NCBI GenBank assembly: GCA_963833985.1
Contig: CAWIAD010000002.1
Coordinates: forward strand, 4,640,001-4,704,000
From: an uncultured Planctomycetaceae bacterium
GTDB taxonomy: Bacteria; Planctomycetota; Planctomycetia; Isosphaerales; Isosphaeraceae
DNA length: 64,000 bases
Direction: 5' to 3'
A model generated the notes under the pieces. That model worked only from the letters and a program-made list of their open reading frames with translations. It had not been told where the DNA came from and did not search any database. Positions 10,791 to 22,894 of this stretch are shown in pieces. The translations under genes and the position numbers were made by a program. Each line of letters begins with the position of its first letter. Within the stretch, counting starts at the first letter, position 1.

Positions 10791-12228
10791 ATGTACTGGA
10801 TCGCGCTGAAGATGCTGGTCGGCGACCGGGCCAAGTTCCTGGGCATCGTGCTGGGGCTGACCTTCGCGGCCGCGCTCATCGTGCAGCAAGGATCGATCTT
10901 CTGCGGGCTCATGCTCCGCACCTGCGCAGATCTCGGACATCACGGGCGCCGACCTGTGGGTGATGGAGCCAAGCGTCCGGTTCGTGGACGACATCAAGCC
11001 GCTCCTGGAGAGCAACCTTCAGCGCGTGCGGGGGGTTTCCGGCGTGAAGTGGGCGGTTCCGCTGTACAAGGGGAACGCGCGGGCGAAGCTGACGTTCTCG
11101 GCGGCAGAGCTGAAGGAGCGAACCTATCCGCCCCGTGAGCTCGAGCGCGACCGGCAAGCCAGGGCGGCACCCCCCGCGAATCCGTTCACGAAGGTGCTCG
11201 ACCTGCTCCAGCCTGGCATCGACTATCCGCCCACTCCGCCCGCGCGGTGGTACGACGAGCGGATCCTGAACGTCATCGAGCAGGTGATCCTCATCGGTGT
11301 TGATGACACCTCCATGGTGGGCGCACCGCCGCGCGGGTCGATGATCGGCCCTCCTCCGAACGGGCGCATGCTGGTGGGCAATCCCGAGGACCTGCGCCGG
11401 CCTGATTCGGTCATCGTCGACCGCGTCGGCCTGGCCAAGCTGTTCCCCGGCTGTCATCTCGACGACCCCTTCAGCAAGCCTGAGAAGGAGTCTGATACGC
11501 AGTACATCGAGCGGCTGCACAGGTTCGTGGCGGCGGCTCCCGAGATCGAGATGAACGATCACCGGGCGATCATCGTCGGGGTCTGCGAGGCAACGCGGAC
11601 GTTCCAGTCCAACCCGGTCGTCTACACGCTCTACAGCAGGGCCAAGCAGTTCATTCCGATGGAGCGGAAGATGCTCTCGTTCATCCTTGCGAAGACGGGC
11701 GACGACGCGAGCGGCCGGAAGATTCCGCCGGAGGTCGTCGCCGAGCGGATCCAGCGGCAGACCGGGCTGGGCGCCCGCACCAGCGAGAAGTTCATGTACA
11801 AAACCATCAAGTACTATCTTATCTATACAGGCATCCCGATCAACTTCGGCATCACGGTCTTCCTCGGGTTCCTGGTGGGAACGGCCGTCGCGGGCCAGAC
11901 CTTCTACAACTTCACGATCGAGAACATCAAGCAGTTCGGGGCCCTCAAGGCCATGGGCGCCTCGAACTGGCGGATCGTCACCATGATCCTGCTCCAGGCG
12001 GCCGTTGCGGGTGTGCTCGGCTATGGCATCGGAGTGGGGCTTTCCACGCTCTTTGGCTGGAAGGCGGCCACCGGCTGGCAGGGCCAGCCGACCGAGCTGG
12101 CGTTCTTCACCCCCTGGCAACTGCTGCCCACCGCCGCCGTGGCCATCATCTTCATCTGCGTGCTGGCCAGCCTGCTCTCGGTACAGCGCGTGATCCGGCT
12201 CGAGCCGGCCATCGTCTTCCGGAGTTGA
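10791..12228 (+). CDS. FtsX/MacB (DevC-like) ABC permease (frameshift ~10925)
   Basis: MYWIALKMLVGDRAKF N-terminus; KQFGALKAMGAS; RLEPAIVFRS C-terminus. Confidence 0.85.
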
Positions 12229-12292
12229 TCGTCTCTTTCCCGTCGCGCCGTGGCGTCGTTCTTGACGGAAAAGGCAGAGGGCGGACAGAACC

Positions 12293-13045
12293 ATGTTCCA
12301 GTCTCGTTCCGCGGTGAAGTTGCAGCCCGAACCCGATACCAGCGGCGTCGCCGTGCGGGTTCGCGGGCTGACCAAGCATTTCGGGTCGGGCGATCAGCGT
12401 GTGCAGGCGCTCGCGGGAGTGGACCTCGATATCTTCGCCGGCCAGATGTCGCTCATCGTCGGCCCTTCCGGATGCGGCAAGACCACGCTGCTCTCGGTGA
12501 TCGCGGGCATCCTCGATGCCGACGCGGGCGAGGTGTCCATCTTCGGCAGCGACATCACGCGCATGAGCGACCGCCAGAAGACCTCGTTCCGCGCCAGGAA
12601 TATCGGCTTCGTGTTCCAGCAGTACAACCTGCTGCCGGCATTGACCGCGGCCGAGAACGCCGCCATCCCCCTGGTCATCGCCGGCTGGAGCAAGGCCCCG
12701 GCCGTGCGCAAGGCCAGCGAGGTGCTGGCGTCGATCGGCATGGGCAAGAAGATCAAGAGCCTCCCCTCGCAGCTCTCCGGCGGGCAGATGCAGCGCGTGG
12801 CCATCGCCCGGGCGCTGACTCATGACCCCAAGCTGCTGGTGTGCGACGAGCCGACCGCGGCGCTCGACCACGAGACCGGGCTCACCGTCATGGAGCTGCT
12901 CAAGGAGTCCGCCGTCAAGCCCGACCGGGCCGTGGCCATCGTCACGCATGACAACCGCGTCTTCCAGTTCGGCGACCGCATCGCCCACATGGACGACGGA
13001 GCCTGCGTGCAGGTGGAAGACCGCACCGCGGAAGCCGCGGCATGA
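12293..13045 (+). CDS. ABC transporter ATP-binding protein (LolD/MacB type)
   Basis: GPSGCGKT, LSGGQMQR, CDEPT, VTHD. Confidence 0.93.
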   Translation: MFQSRSAVKLQPEPDTSGVAVRVRGLTKHFGSGDQRVQALAGVDLDIFAGQMSLIVGPSGCGKTTLLSVIAGILDADAGEVSIFGSDITRMSDRQKTSFRARNIGFVFQQYNLLPALTAAENAAIPLVIAGWSKAPAVRKASEVLASIGMGKKIKSLPSQLSGGQMQRVAIARALTHDPKLLVCDEPTAALDHETGLTVMELLKESAVKPDRAVAIVTHDNRVFQFGDRIAHMDDGACVQVEDRTAEAAA

Positions 13046-13110
13046 CGTTCCGGGTGCTTCGAGCAAGAAACCAATACCGCCATTCATGATCCCTTGTCAT
13101 GGGGTTTTCC

Positions 13111-14309
13111 ATGTTCACAAAGATTGCCTTACCCATCATGGCCTTGCTGGGCATTGCCCTGGGCGTGGGTGCGGTCTATTCCAGTGCGAAGAAGGAACGG
13201 CCCGTCTCGCAGCCGATCCTCGACCCTCCGCAAAGGCCGGAGCAGATCGAGCACGCCATCTACGGCCTGGGGCTCGTGGAGGCCCAGCGCGAGAACATCC
13301 CGATCGGCACCGCAGTCCCGGGCGTGGTGATGGAGGTCTACGTCGACGGCCGGCCCGGCTTCACTCCGCACCACAAGCGCGTGGGCGACAAGGTCACGAA
13401 GGGTGAGCCGCTGTTCCGGATCGACGACCGGGACCTGAAGGCTGAGCTGAGGACCCGCGAATCCGCGCACCGGGCGGCGGTGGCACAACTGCACCGTCTG
13501 GAAAAGATGCCCCGCGCCGAGGACCTGCCTCCCGCCATCGCGGCCGTCGACGAGGCACGCGCCCGGCTGTTCGACTCTGAGGCCGCTTACAATCGCGACG
13601 TGAATCTCTTCGAGAAGAAGATGCTCTCCGCCTCGGACTTCGACAAGGACCGGTACACTCGGCTGGGCGCCGGGCCATGCTCGCCCATGCCGAGGCCGAC
13701 CTGGCCAAGCTCAAGGCGGGCGCCTGGAAGGAAGATATCGAGGTCCAGCGCGCGGCCGTGGAGCAGGCGCAAAGCCAGATCGACAGCATCCAGATCATGC
13801 TCGAACGGCTCGTCGTGCGGGCGCCCGTGGACGGCGAGGTACTCCAGGTGAACGTGCGCCCGGGACAGCTTGCCACCCTGTCCTGGAAAGAACCGATGAT
13901 CGTGCTGGGCGAGGTCAACCGACTGCACGTCCGGGTCGATATCGACGAGAACGATCTCTGGAGGTTCAGCGAGGGCATGACGGCCTGGGCCAACATCAAG
14001 GGCCGCAAGCAGCCCCGCTTCCCCCTCGAGTACGTCCGCATCGAGCCGTACGTCATTCCCAAGAAGAGCCTCACCGGCGACAACTCGGAACGTGTGGACA
14101 CCCGGGCGCTCCAGGTGCTCTACGCTCTGCCGGACCAGGCCCCGGCCAGGGTCTATGTCGGACAGCAGATGGAAGTGTTCCTCGCCCTGGACGACGAGCT
14201 TCCGGACCTGGCTGGAACCGGCCAGACGTCGCGGGATACACGTGACAGCCAACTTTCCCCGGCAAGCGCGCACGACCACCCTTCCGCACGGCCGGGCCTC
14301 TCACGCTGA
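13111..14309 (+). CDS. HlyD family periplasmic adaptor (frameshift ~13670)
   Basis: VGDKVTKGEPLFRIDD and VRAPVDGEVLQVNVRPG lipoyl halves; coiled coil; LHVRVDIDE. Confidence 0.88.
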
Positions 14310-14554
14310 TCGGCCGTCCGGTGACGAGGAACAGACTCAGGCATCGAGCGACGTTCAGGGTGTGCCGGGCCTGACATTGTGGCTGGCCCGGGCGCCGGAC
14401 TCCCGATCGTTCCTTCTGTTCACCCCGGCATTACGAGCGGAATGAGATTCCGGGAAGGGGGCAGGCGCGGCGGAATCACGTGGTCATACTGCTCGGGAGG
14501 AAGCTCCCAGACCCAGCCAATGCCACTCCGTGGGCGACTCGAAAGGCGCAAGCG

Positions 14555-16689
14555 ATGACCCAGACCACCCGCGCAGCCGCACGCCTGCTGGTCCTTGCTC
14601 TGGCGATCGTCATGGCTGCTTCGTCACACGCCCAGACGCGCGGCGTGCCGCTGGATCTTTCGGGGTACGATCCCGCGTGCGGCGTGACGGTGGAGCAGAG
14701 CCGCGAGCTGCTCACCCTGCGCTGGCCGGCCGGCGGTGGAGAGATTGCCCAGCTTGTGCTTGACCTGCGACCGGGAAAGCCGCTCTGCGCGCGCATGGAC
14801 GTGGCCGCGAAAGCCGGCGAGACGTTCCGGACGGTGCTCCAGAATGTCGATCCGGCGGCCTTCGTGACCGTCGGCGACCGCGAGGCGCCGACCGGGCGTC
14901 CACCCGAGATGAGCGTCTTCAACGTCTTCTTCGACACGCCCGCCAATCGCCCGCACCAGACGCATCGTTCGAGTTTCGAGCTTCGGAACGCAAGCGTCCG
15001 CTCTCGGGGACGGCGGGCGACGGTCACGCTCGGGGAGCTCACTGCCGGACCCTTTGCCGGACACTGGGAGATCACCGTCTATGCAGGCGCCAGGCTGATC
15101 CACCTGGAGGCGGTCGTCCGCACTCAGCGCGCGCGCACGGCGTTCCTCTACGACATGGGCCTGGTGAGCGAAGCTCTCCCCGCGAGCCGGCTGGCCTGGG
15201 TCGACACCCAGGGCGTGACGCACACGACCGAGCCCAGCGCGGGCGATCATCACGAGGCCGTCCGCCACCGCGCGATCGTGGCCGAGACGGACGGCGGTGC
15301 GGTCGCCTGTTTCCCGCCGCCCCACCAGTACTTCTTTCCCCGGGACCTCACCGAGAACCAGCAGACCGTCTGGTACGGCAGCAACCATCGCGGCCTTGAC
15401 CCGCGCCATGGATTCGGCATCCGCCAGACCGAGCGCGGAGGGGGCTCTTACGTCCCCTGGTTCAATGCCCCGCCCGGCAGCACCCAGCGCCTGGGGGTCT
15501 TCCTGCTGCTCACGCGGGGCAAGACCGAGGACGCCTTGCGGGAAACGCTCCGCTTCACCCACGGTGACCGTTTCGTGACGCTCGACGGCTATCGCACCTT
15601 CACCAGCCACTTCCACATGGCCATCGCCATGGCCGCACTCGAGGAACAGGCGCGCGGCACGCAGCGATCGACGCCCGATTTCGTACGGATGTTCAAGGAC
15701 CTTGGCGTGAACATCGTCCATCTGGCCGAGTTCCACGGCGACGGCCATCCTCAAGATCCCGGCCAGGTGCGGCTGGCCGAACTGCAAGCGATGTTCGACG
15801 AGTGCCAGCGGTTGTCGGACGAGCAACTCCTCTTCCTGCCGGGCGAGGAAGCCAACGTCTACCTGGGACTCCCCGCGCCGGGCGGCACGCCGGACACTGG
15901 CTTTACCTCTTCCCCAGACCCGTCTACTGGACCATGAAACGCGCCGCGGGCCAGCCGTTTCACGAGGCGGACTCGCGCTTCGGCTCGATCTACCACGTGG
16001 GCAGCAGGGCCGACATGCTCAGGCTGCTGGACCAGGAGGACGGGCTGGCCTGGACCGCGCACGCCCGGATCAAGGCGTCGAGCTGGACGCCGGACATCTA
16101 TCGGGACGAGGACTTCTTTGTCTCCGACCGCTGGCTGGGCGCGGCCTGGAAGGCCATGCCCGCCGACCTCTCGCACGATCGGCTTGGCCGGCGCGTGCTG
16201 GACCTGCTGGACGACATGGCGAACTGGGGCCGGCACAAGCAGGTCATCGGCGAGGTCGACGTCTTCAAGCTCGGCCACTCCCACGAACTTTATGGTCACA
16301 TGAACATCAATTACATCCGCCTGGAACGCACTCCGCGCTCTGGTGAAAGCTGGAAACCGGTCCTGGATGCGCTCCGCCAGGGGCGGTTCTTCGTGACCAC
16401 CGGCGAGGTGCTGATTCCCGAGTTCAACGTCGAGCAGCCGCGCCAGGATGCTCCCGCCCGGCTCCACGCCCAGCTTCACTGGACCTTCCCGCTCCACTTT
16501 GCGGAGGTCGTCTCGGGAGACGGCAAGCAGGTCTTCCGGCAACGGGTCGACCTGTCCGACACCGAGGCGTTCGGCCAGAAAACGCTGGACCTCACTCTTG
16601 CGCTCGCCGGAAGGACCTGGGTCCGCCTTGAAGCATGGGATGTTGCTTGCAATGGCGCGTTCACCCAGCCGGTCTGGCTCGGGCACTGA
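14555..16689 (+). CDS. Secreted protein with a C-terminal PHP-like metallohydrolase domain (frameshift ~15890)
   Basis: Signal peptide; HFH, HLAEFHGDGH, PGEE, GHW, AHARIK and GRFFVTTG motifs across ORFs 14480-15937 and 15802-16689. Confidence 0.6.
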
Positions 16690-16839
16690 GCGCCTCTGGC
16701 TCGAATCGTTCTCTCATTCTTTTCTTCGCTCATACGGTGGGGGTGAGCCCCTGCGCCTCGTTGCTCCGGGGGGTTGGCGGACCCGGTAGAATCGACCGTG
16801 CCCCGGGGACGGCCAGGAACGGAACAGGGAGTTGCAGGC

Positions 16840-18432
16840 ATGGCAGGATCGAGTGCAGGTGAGAACGGTCAATCGGGGGACGATTCCGGAGGCAGCGATG
16901 GGCCGTTGATCCCGGGCCGGCGGCAGGTGACCGCCGCGCTCCTGGTGGCGATGATCGTCACGGCGATGGAGCAACTGGTCGTCTCGCCGGCCATGCCCAC
17001 GATCATCGCTCAGCTCAAGGGCTTCGAGATCTACCCGTGGGTGATCTCGGCCTACCTGCTGGCCTCGACCGTGAGCACGCCGCTCTATGGCAAGCTGGCC
17101 GACCTGTTCGGCCGCAAGCCGGTCCTGCTCTTCGGCCTGGTCGTCTTCAGCATCGGGTCGATGCTCTCGGGAACCGCACAGAGCATGGGCCAGTTGATCG
17201 TGATGCGGACGATCCAGGGGCTGGGAGCGGGTGCCGTCGCACCGATCGTGCTGACCCTGCTGGGGGATCTCTTCTCGCTCAAGGAGCGCGCCCGTATCCA
17301 GGGTCTTTTCAGCACGGTGTGGGGACTTTCCAGCATCGCGGGCCCGCTCATCGGCGGCTGGTTGACGGTTCATCTCAACTGGCGCTGGGTGTTCTTCGTG
17401 AGCGTCCCGTTCGCCGTTCTTGCCTCGCTCATGCTCGCCTTTTGCTTCCACGAGAAGACAGAGCGGCGGACCGTGGCGCCGATCGATTGGGCGGGCGCCG
17501 GGCTGCTCACCGGAGGGCTCTCCGCGCTGCTCTTGATTGTGCTTGACGGATCCAGCCTGGGCCTGAAGCTGGACGTGGTCCTCGCCGTGCTCACGGTGGG
17601 GCTGCTGGTCGGCTTTGTGTTCCGGGAACTGCACGCCGAGGATCCGATCCTGCCCATGGACCTGATGATCCGGCCAACCATCCTGGCGTCGGTCATCGCC
17701 AACTTTCTGATCGGTGGCATTCTTTACGGAATCGAGACCTACGTGCCCTTGTTCATGCAAGGGGTACGGGGCGGCGACGCGCGGCAAGCCGGGCAGGCAC
17801 TCACGCCCCTCTTCCTCTCGTGGGCCGTGAGCGTGGCCTTCGCTGCGCAAGCCGTGGTGCGGTGGGGATTTCGGCGCGGCGGGATGTTCGGGGCGGGACT
17901 GGTCGTGGTGGGCGTGTCCGGACTGGTCGCCGGCGCCATGCTGCCGGAGTGGACCCGATTGATATTCACGGGTTCGCTGATCGTCATCGGCATGGGGATG
18001 GGGCCGGCGTCGCTCAGCTTCATCCTCGCTGTGCAGCACGCGGTGAGCTGGGGTCAGCGAGGCGTGGCGACCGGAGCCGTGATCTTCTTCCGCACGATCG
18101 GTGGCGCGATTGGCGTGGGCATCCTGGGAGGAGCCCTGGGCTGGGAGCTGAGCCACCTGCTCTCCTCCGCGGGCGTGACGGGGATCGACGTCTCGGCAGC
18201 GCTCCGCCCGGAAACTCACAACCAGCTTCCCCCCGGCAGCCTTGGTCTCGTGCAGTCGCTGCTCGGGCTGTCGCTGCGCGACGTGTACGTCCAGATGCTC
18301 ATCCTGGCCGTCGGGACGATGATCTGCACGGCCTGGCTGCCGGGAAAGTCGGCGACCGCCGCGACCGGCCCCGAATCCACGGAAGACGAGGTCTCGGAAT
18401 CCGAGGCCATCGCGGCAGCGATCGAAACCTGA
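16840..18432 (+). CDS. MFS drug:H+ antiporter (DHA2 type)
   Basis: GKLADLFGRK motif A; GPLIGGWLT..WRWVFF; many TM helices. Confidence 0.9.
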   Translation: MAGSSAGENGQSGDDSGGSDGPLIPGRRQVTAALLVAMIVTAMEQLVVSPAMPTIIAQLKGFEIYPWVISAYLLASTVSTPLYGKLADLFGRKPVLLFGLVVFSIGSMLSGTAQSMGQLIVMRTIQGLGAGAVAPIVLTLLGDLFSLKERARIQGLFSTVWGLSSIAGPLIGGWLTVHLNWRWVFFVSVPFAVLASLMLAFCFHEKTERRTVAPIDWAGAGLLTGGLSALLLIVLDGSSLGLKLDVVLAVLTVGLLVGFVFRELHAEDPILPMDLMIRPTILASVIANFLIGGILYGIETYVPLFMQGVRGGDARQAGQALTPLFLSWAVSVAFAAQAVVRWGFRRGGMFGAGLVVVGVSGLVAGAMLPEWTRLIFTGSLIVIGMGMGPASLSFILAVQHAVSWGQRGVATGAVIFFRTIGGAIGVGILGGALGWELSHLLSSAGVTGIDVSAALRPETHNQLPPGSLGLVQSLLGLSLRDVYVQMLILAVGTMICTAWLPGKSATAATGPESTEDEVSESEAIAAAIET

Positions 18433-18483
18433 GCATGGCCGGGTTCGCCGCTCGGGGGGTATGGCGGCGAACCGGCGCGGCGC

Positions 18484-19988
18484 TCAGGCGAGTTCGGGCA
18501 CGACGAACGGCTCTCGATACCTGCGCCGCGACAGCGCGTTGGCTCCGTCCGCGAAGTCCTGGACGAACCGCTCGGTCGTGGCATCGAACGTGACCCAGGG
18601 CCCGAGGGCCGCCCGCGTCCTGGAGAGGTCCACGCCGTTCTCCCGGAGGTACTCGCGGCAGCGCTCGAATGCGTCGGCCAGCTCCGTGTTCCCCTCGATC
18701 GTGGAGCGGATGGCCTCGGGAGGGGCCTCTCTCCCGAGCCGGTGCGAGATGTTCGCCATGTGGCAGCAGGCCACGGAGCGGTGCCCCTTGAGCGCCTCGG
18801 CCTTCAGCTCGCTCGCTTTCCGGCTGCGGACCGATGCGATGAAGTTCGCGAGATGAGCCGTTTCCAGCGCCTGGGCATTGCCGGCGGCCGTGAAGCCTTT
18901 GATCTTCTTTCCCGCCTTGTCGAAGAGCGCACCACCGTTGGCATCGCCGGCGAAGGAGCCGCCCTCGCAATCGATGACCACGCCGTGGTTCGCGTTCCGG
19001 AACCGCCCCATCGCATCCCGGCCCTGGGCGGCGTGCACGTTGCGGATTTCACAGATGAGCGGCGCCGGCTGGTAGTCGAAGAGTGCAACCTGGGTGTTGG
19101 CCGTCTCGCCGCAGTCATCGAAGGCAAACCGGCCGCCGATGCTCAGGGCGCGCGGGGCGGCTGGTTCTGCCGCAATGCCCAGCGGCAGACGTCGATGACG
19201 TGGATCCCGTTATTGCCAATCTCGCCGTTGCCGGTGGCCCAGAACCAGTGCCACTCGTAGTTCAACTGCTTGCGCATGAGCGGCTCCCGGGGAGCCGGGC
19301 CGCACCAGATGTCATAATCGATGTTCGCCGGCACCGAGGTGGGCGCACTGACGCGCCCGATGCCCTCGCGGGGCCGATACACGAGCGCATGGGCATAGCG
19401 GATCGCCCCGAGGTCGCCTCCGTGCAGGTGATCGAAGGCCTCGCGGAGCAGCGCGCTGGAGCGGCTCTGCATGCCCACCTGGACCATCCGTCCATGCTTC
19501 CGGGCCGCAGCGACCATCTGCTTCCCCTCCCACAGGTCGTAGGAGAACGGCTTCTCAACGTAGACATCCTTGCCCGCTTGAATCGCCCAGATTGTCGCCA
19601 GCGCGTGCCAGTGGTTGGGCAGGGCGACGACCACCGCGTCGACGGACTTGTCGTCGAACACCCGGCGCAGGTCGGTGTAGGTAGCGACGGCTTCGCCTCG
19701 ATCCTTGAACTCCTGGACTTCACGGATCAGGAATGCCTGGTTCACGTCGCAGAGCGCGACGATGCGGGCGCCGGGGACCTCTCGCAGGCGGGGGATGAGC
19801 TGATGCCCTCGGCCGCCGACACCCCCGATGGCCTTCGTGTCTCCCATTCCCACCACTGCCACGCGGACCGTTTCACTGGGGCTCGCCCCGCTGGACCAGC
19901 GCCCGGCGCGGATCACCCCCGGCATGCCGAGGACAAGCCCGGCCGTCGTTGATTGCTTGAAGAAATTCCGCCGTGTGAGTGGCTTCAT
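18484..19988 (-). CDS. Tat-exported Gfo/Idh/MocA oxidoreductase (frameshift ~19145)
   Basis: TRRNFFK Tat motif; PNHWH, KDVYVEKP, QVGMQSRS, GIHVID; ends YREPFVVPELA. Confidence 0.9.
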
Positions 19989-20240
19989 GTTTTTTCCGCT
20001 CCCGGGGGGTCCGCAGACGGATGACCTGGCAGAAGGCCCGCATGAGCCTGGAGCCATGGCTCCCTAGACTACGAGGTTTGCACTGAGTAACTCAAGCAAC
20101 CTGTACCGGAACTCATCGTGAACCGGCGTGTCCCGGCGCCATCCCGCGCGAACCTCCGGCCAAGAGACACTTTCCCCGACCCCGGCGGGGGATTACGATG
20201 ATGCGGCTTGATCGCTCCGTTCGACCAGGAGTCTACTCGC

Positions 20241-20732
20241 ATGATTCGATCGTCGTGCCGCTTTCGTCGCTCACCGCTGCTCTGGGCCGCGATGAGCCTT
20301 ACCCTGGGTACGGGCTGGGCGTTTCGCGAGCTGGCGCACGCCCGCGAGCGGGCCGCGCAGGTTGCGTCGCAGACGCTCACTCTGGACCAGCTCAAGATGG
20401 CGACATACGAGGACCGGGGGACGCCCGTGGGCCAGATTGGCCTCTATGTCCAGGGCGAAACGCCGGGCTGCGCTTCGCTGGTGGCCGGCCGGTTGGTCCT
20501 CGACCCCGGGAAGTCGCCGCATCCGCCGCATATGCACGAGGACGAGGAAGTGCTGATCGTCGCGTCCGGGCATGGCGAGATCGTCTGCGAGGGCAAGACC
20601 ACCAGCGTTGGGCCGGGCTCGCTCATGTACTCGACACCGAACGTCGCCCACGGCATCAAGAACACCGGAACAGAGCCGCTCTCGTTCTACTTCATGAAGT
20701 GGATTCCCCGCGGAAGCAGCGCCCCGCGATGA
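20241..20732 (+). CDS. Exported cupin-domain protein
   Basis: HPPHMHEDEE and PNVAHGIKN cupin motifs; N-terminal signal. Confidence 0.85.
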   Translation: MIRSSCRFRRSPLLWAAMSLTLGTGWAFRELAHARERAAQVASQTLTLDQLKMATYEDRGTPVGQIGLYVQGETPGCASLVAGRLVLDPGKSPHPPHMHEDEEVLIVASGHGEIVCEGKTTSVGPGSLMYSTPNVAHGIKNTGTEPLSFYFMKWIPRGSSAPR

Positions 20733-21742
20733 CCCGACCGGGCGCCGCCGGACGACCATCCATGAGAAGACTTCGATCGCTTACGTACTTTGCTCTTGCC
20801 GGCATCACCGCGTGCGTGCTGGGCTGCGGCACTGCCGATGACGGAACGGCATCCGGGATATCGCGATCCTCTGCCGGCTCCAGCGCCGCGGCCCGCATCG
20901 GTGCCGTCCTGCCCACCTTCAGCCACCCGTTCTTCCTTGCCCAGAAACGGGGGCTGGAAGAGAAAGCGCAGGAACTCGGCGTCACAATCGACGTCCGGGA
21001 CGGACAGGACGACGACGTCAAGCAAATTGGCCAGGTTGAGACGCTCATCAACCTGGGATGCAACGCCCTGATCCTCTGCCCGCGCGACGAGGATGCCCTG
21101 GTACCCGCGGTGGAAGCCGCCAACCGGGCCGGCATTCCGATCATCGCGCTGAACCGGCGTATCCATGGCGGCAACGTGCTTGCGTACGTGGGCGCGGACG
21201 ATGCCGAGGGGGGCGTGCTCCAGGGCGAGGCACTGGTGCAATGGCTGGGACCCCAGGGAGGCAAGATCCTTTACCTGGAGGGAACCGAGGGATCCAGCCC
21301 CCAGCGCCAGCGCAGCAAGGGCCTGCTGGCCGTGCTTCAGAACCACCCGGCGATCACCATCGCCGATCGCCGGTTCGCGGGGTTCCAGGAAGACAGGGCC
21401 AAGGGCATCATGACCGACCTGGTCCGCCGCTTTTCTCCCGGCGAGATCCGCGCCGTGCTGGCCCAGTCCGACGAGATGGCGCTCCCGGCCGCGGAGGTGC
21501 TGCTGGCCGAGGGCTGGAAGGACACCGTGGTGATTGGCTTCGACGGCAGCCGCGCCGCGTTTGAGGCCATCCGCAAGGGCACACTGAAAGCGACGATCCT
21601 CCAGGACCCGCTCGAGCAAGGCAAGAAAGCCGTCGAGTCCATCGCCGCCCAGCTCCGGGGCCAGACCATCGACCCGGAGATCATCACCCCCCTCCGCCTC
21701 ATCACCCGCGACAACGTCGACCAGTTTCAACCGGCCTACTGA
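20729..21742 (+). CDS. RbsB-like sugar ABC substrate-binding lipoprotein
   Basis: Lipobox VLGC; SHPFF, SDEMA, VIGFDG, ATILQDP; ATGA overlap with the cupin stop (alternative start 20762). Confidence 0.88.
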   Translation: MTRPGAAGRPSMRRLRSLTYFALAGITACVLGCGTADDGTASGISRSSAGSSAAARIGAVLPTFSHPFFLAQKRGLEEKAQELGVTIDVRDGQDDDVKQIGQVETLINLGCNALILCPRDEDALVPAVEAANRAGIPIIALNRRIHGGNVLAYVGADDAEGGVLQGEALVQWLGPQGGKILYLEGTEGSSPQRQRSKGLLAVLQNHPAITIADRRFAGFQEDRAKGIMTDLVRRFSPGEIRAVLAQSDEMALPAAEVLLAEGWKDTVVIGFDGSRAAFEAIRKGTLKATILQDPLEQGKKAVESIAAQLRGQTIDPEIITPLRLITRDNVDQFQPAY

Positions 21743-21755
21743 GCTGAGCCGCGCT

Positions 21756-21807
21756 GGTGGGCCTCGCCTACGGCTCGACCCACCCTACAAACTGCCTACT
21801 GCCTACT
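21756..21807 (-). repeat. GTAG-type REP palindrome plus a short CTGCCTA heptamer repeat between convergent genes
   Basis: Reverse complement GTAGGGTGGGTCGAGCCGTAGGCGAGGCCCACC (21756-21788); ACTGCCTACTGCCTACT at 21791-21807. Confidence 0.75.
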
Positions 21808-22645
21808 ATTCCCCCGGCCACTCTCCCTGAAAGACCTCAATGGCCGGGCCGGTCATGAGGACCGAGGAATGGCGATCGGGCCATTCCAGCACCAGGTCGC
21901 CGCCCGGAAGATGCGCCAGGATGTGCCGACCGGTCCGGCCGGTGAGCACGCCCGCGACGCACACGGCACACGCGCCCGTGCCGCAGGCGAGGGTGATGCC
22001 AGAGCCTCGTTCCCAGGTCCGCATGCGCACCTCGCGCGGGCTCATCACGTCGACCACGTGCACATTCACCCGGCGGGGAAACTTCGGGTGGTGCTCCAGC
22101 GCCGGACCAAGCAACTCCAGCGGAAAATGATGGACATCCTGGACGTAGATCACCGCGTGCGGGTTGCCCATGGAAACGGCCGTCACGGCGAGCGTCTGGC
22201 CTTCCAGTTCGATCGGGGCGTCGATGGGAGGATCGCCCGAGAGCAGCGTGGGAATCTGGGCCGCCTGAAGAATCGGCGCGCCCATGTCCACCCGCACGTG
22301 CCGGACCAGCCCGCTCTCGACCTCGAGGTCAAGCACCAGCCTGCCGCGGCCGGTCTCGATTGTCAGCCTGTCCTTCCTGGCAAGTCCATGATCATGCAAG
22401 AGCTTGGCCACACAGCGCACGCCGTTCCCACACATCTCGCCTTCGGATCCGTCGGCGTTGAACATTCTCATCCGCGCATCGGCAAGCTCGGACGGTTCGA
22501 TGAGGATCAGGCCGTCCGATCCCACTCCGAGATGCCGATCACTGATCGCCACGGCCAGGCGCTGGGGATCCACGGGAGGACGCTGCGTGAAGGCCTCAAC
22601 AAAAACGTAATCGTTGCCAATACCATGCATCTTGGTGAACTTCAT
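21806..22645 (-). CDS. dapF: Diaminopimelate epimerase
   Basis: MKFTKMHGIGNDY, EMCGNG, SMGNPH, ERGSGITLACGTGA. Confidence 0.97.
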   Translation of the reverse strand: MKFTKMHGIGNDYVFVEAFTQRPPVDPQRLAVAISDRHLGVGSDGLILIEPSELADARMRMFNADGSEGEMCGNGVRCVAKLLHDHGLARKDRLTIETGRGRLVLDLEVESGLVRHVRVDMGAPILQAAQIPTLLSGDPPIDAPIELEGQTLAVTAVSMGNPHAVIYVQDVHHFPLELLGPALEHHPKFPRRVNVHVVDVMSPREVRMRTWERGSGITLACGTGACAVCVAGVLTGRTGRHILAHLPGGDLVLEWPDRHSSVLMTGPAIEVFQGEWPGE

Positions 22646-22894
22646 CACAGTTCTCGGGGGCGTGGCGCCGCGTGGATGGGTCATGAGACGACGTCGATCT
22701 CCGGCCATCACCTGATGCCGGCTCTCATCGTATGGCTGCCATGAGAAACTTTATCAAGCCGCTCGCGAACAGGGTAGCCAGGCGGAACCCCTGAGCTTTG
22801 CAGCGAACAAGACCTTGTCTCCACGGTGCCATGGGCCTAACGTGGAAGAGTGGTTTCAGGGAAGCAAGCGACGAACGCGAGGATAATAGCATCC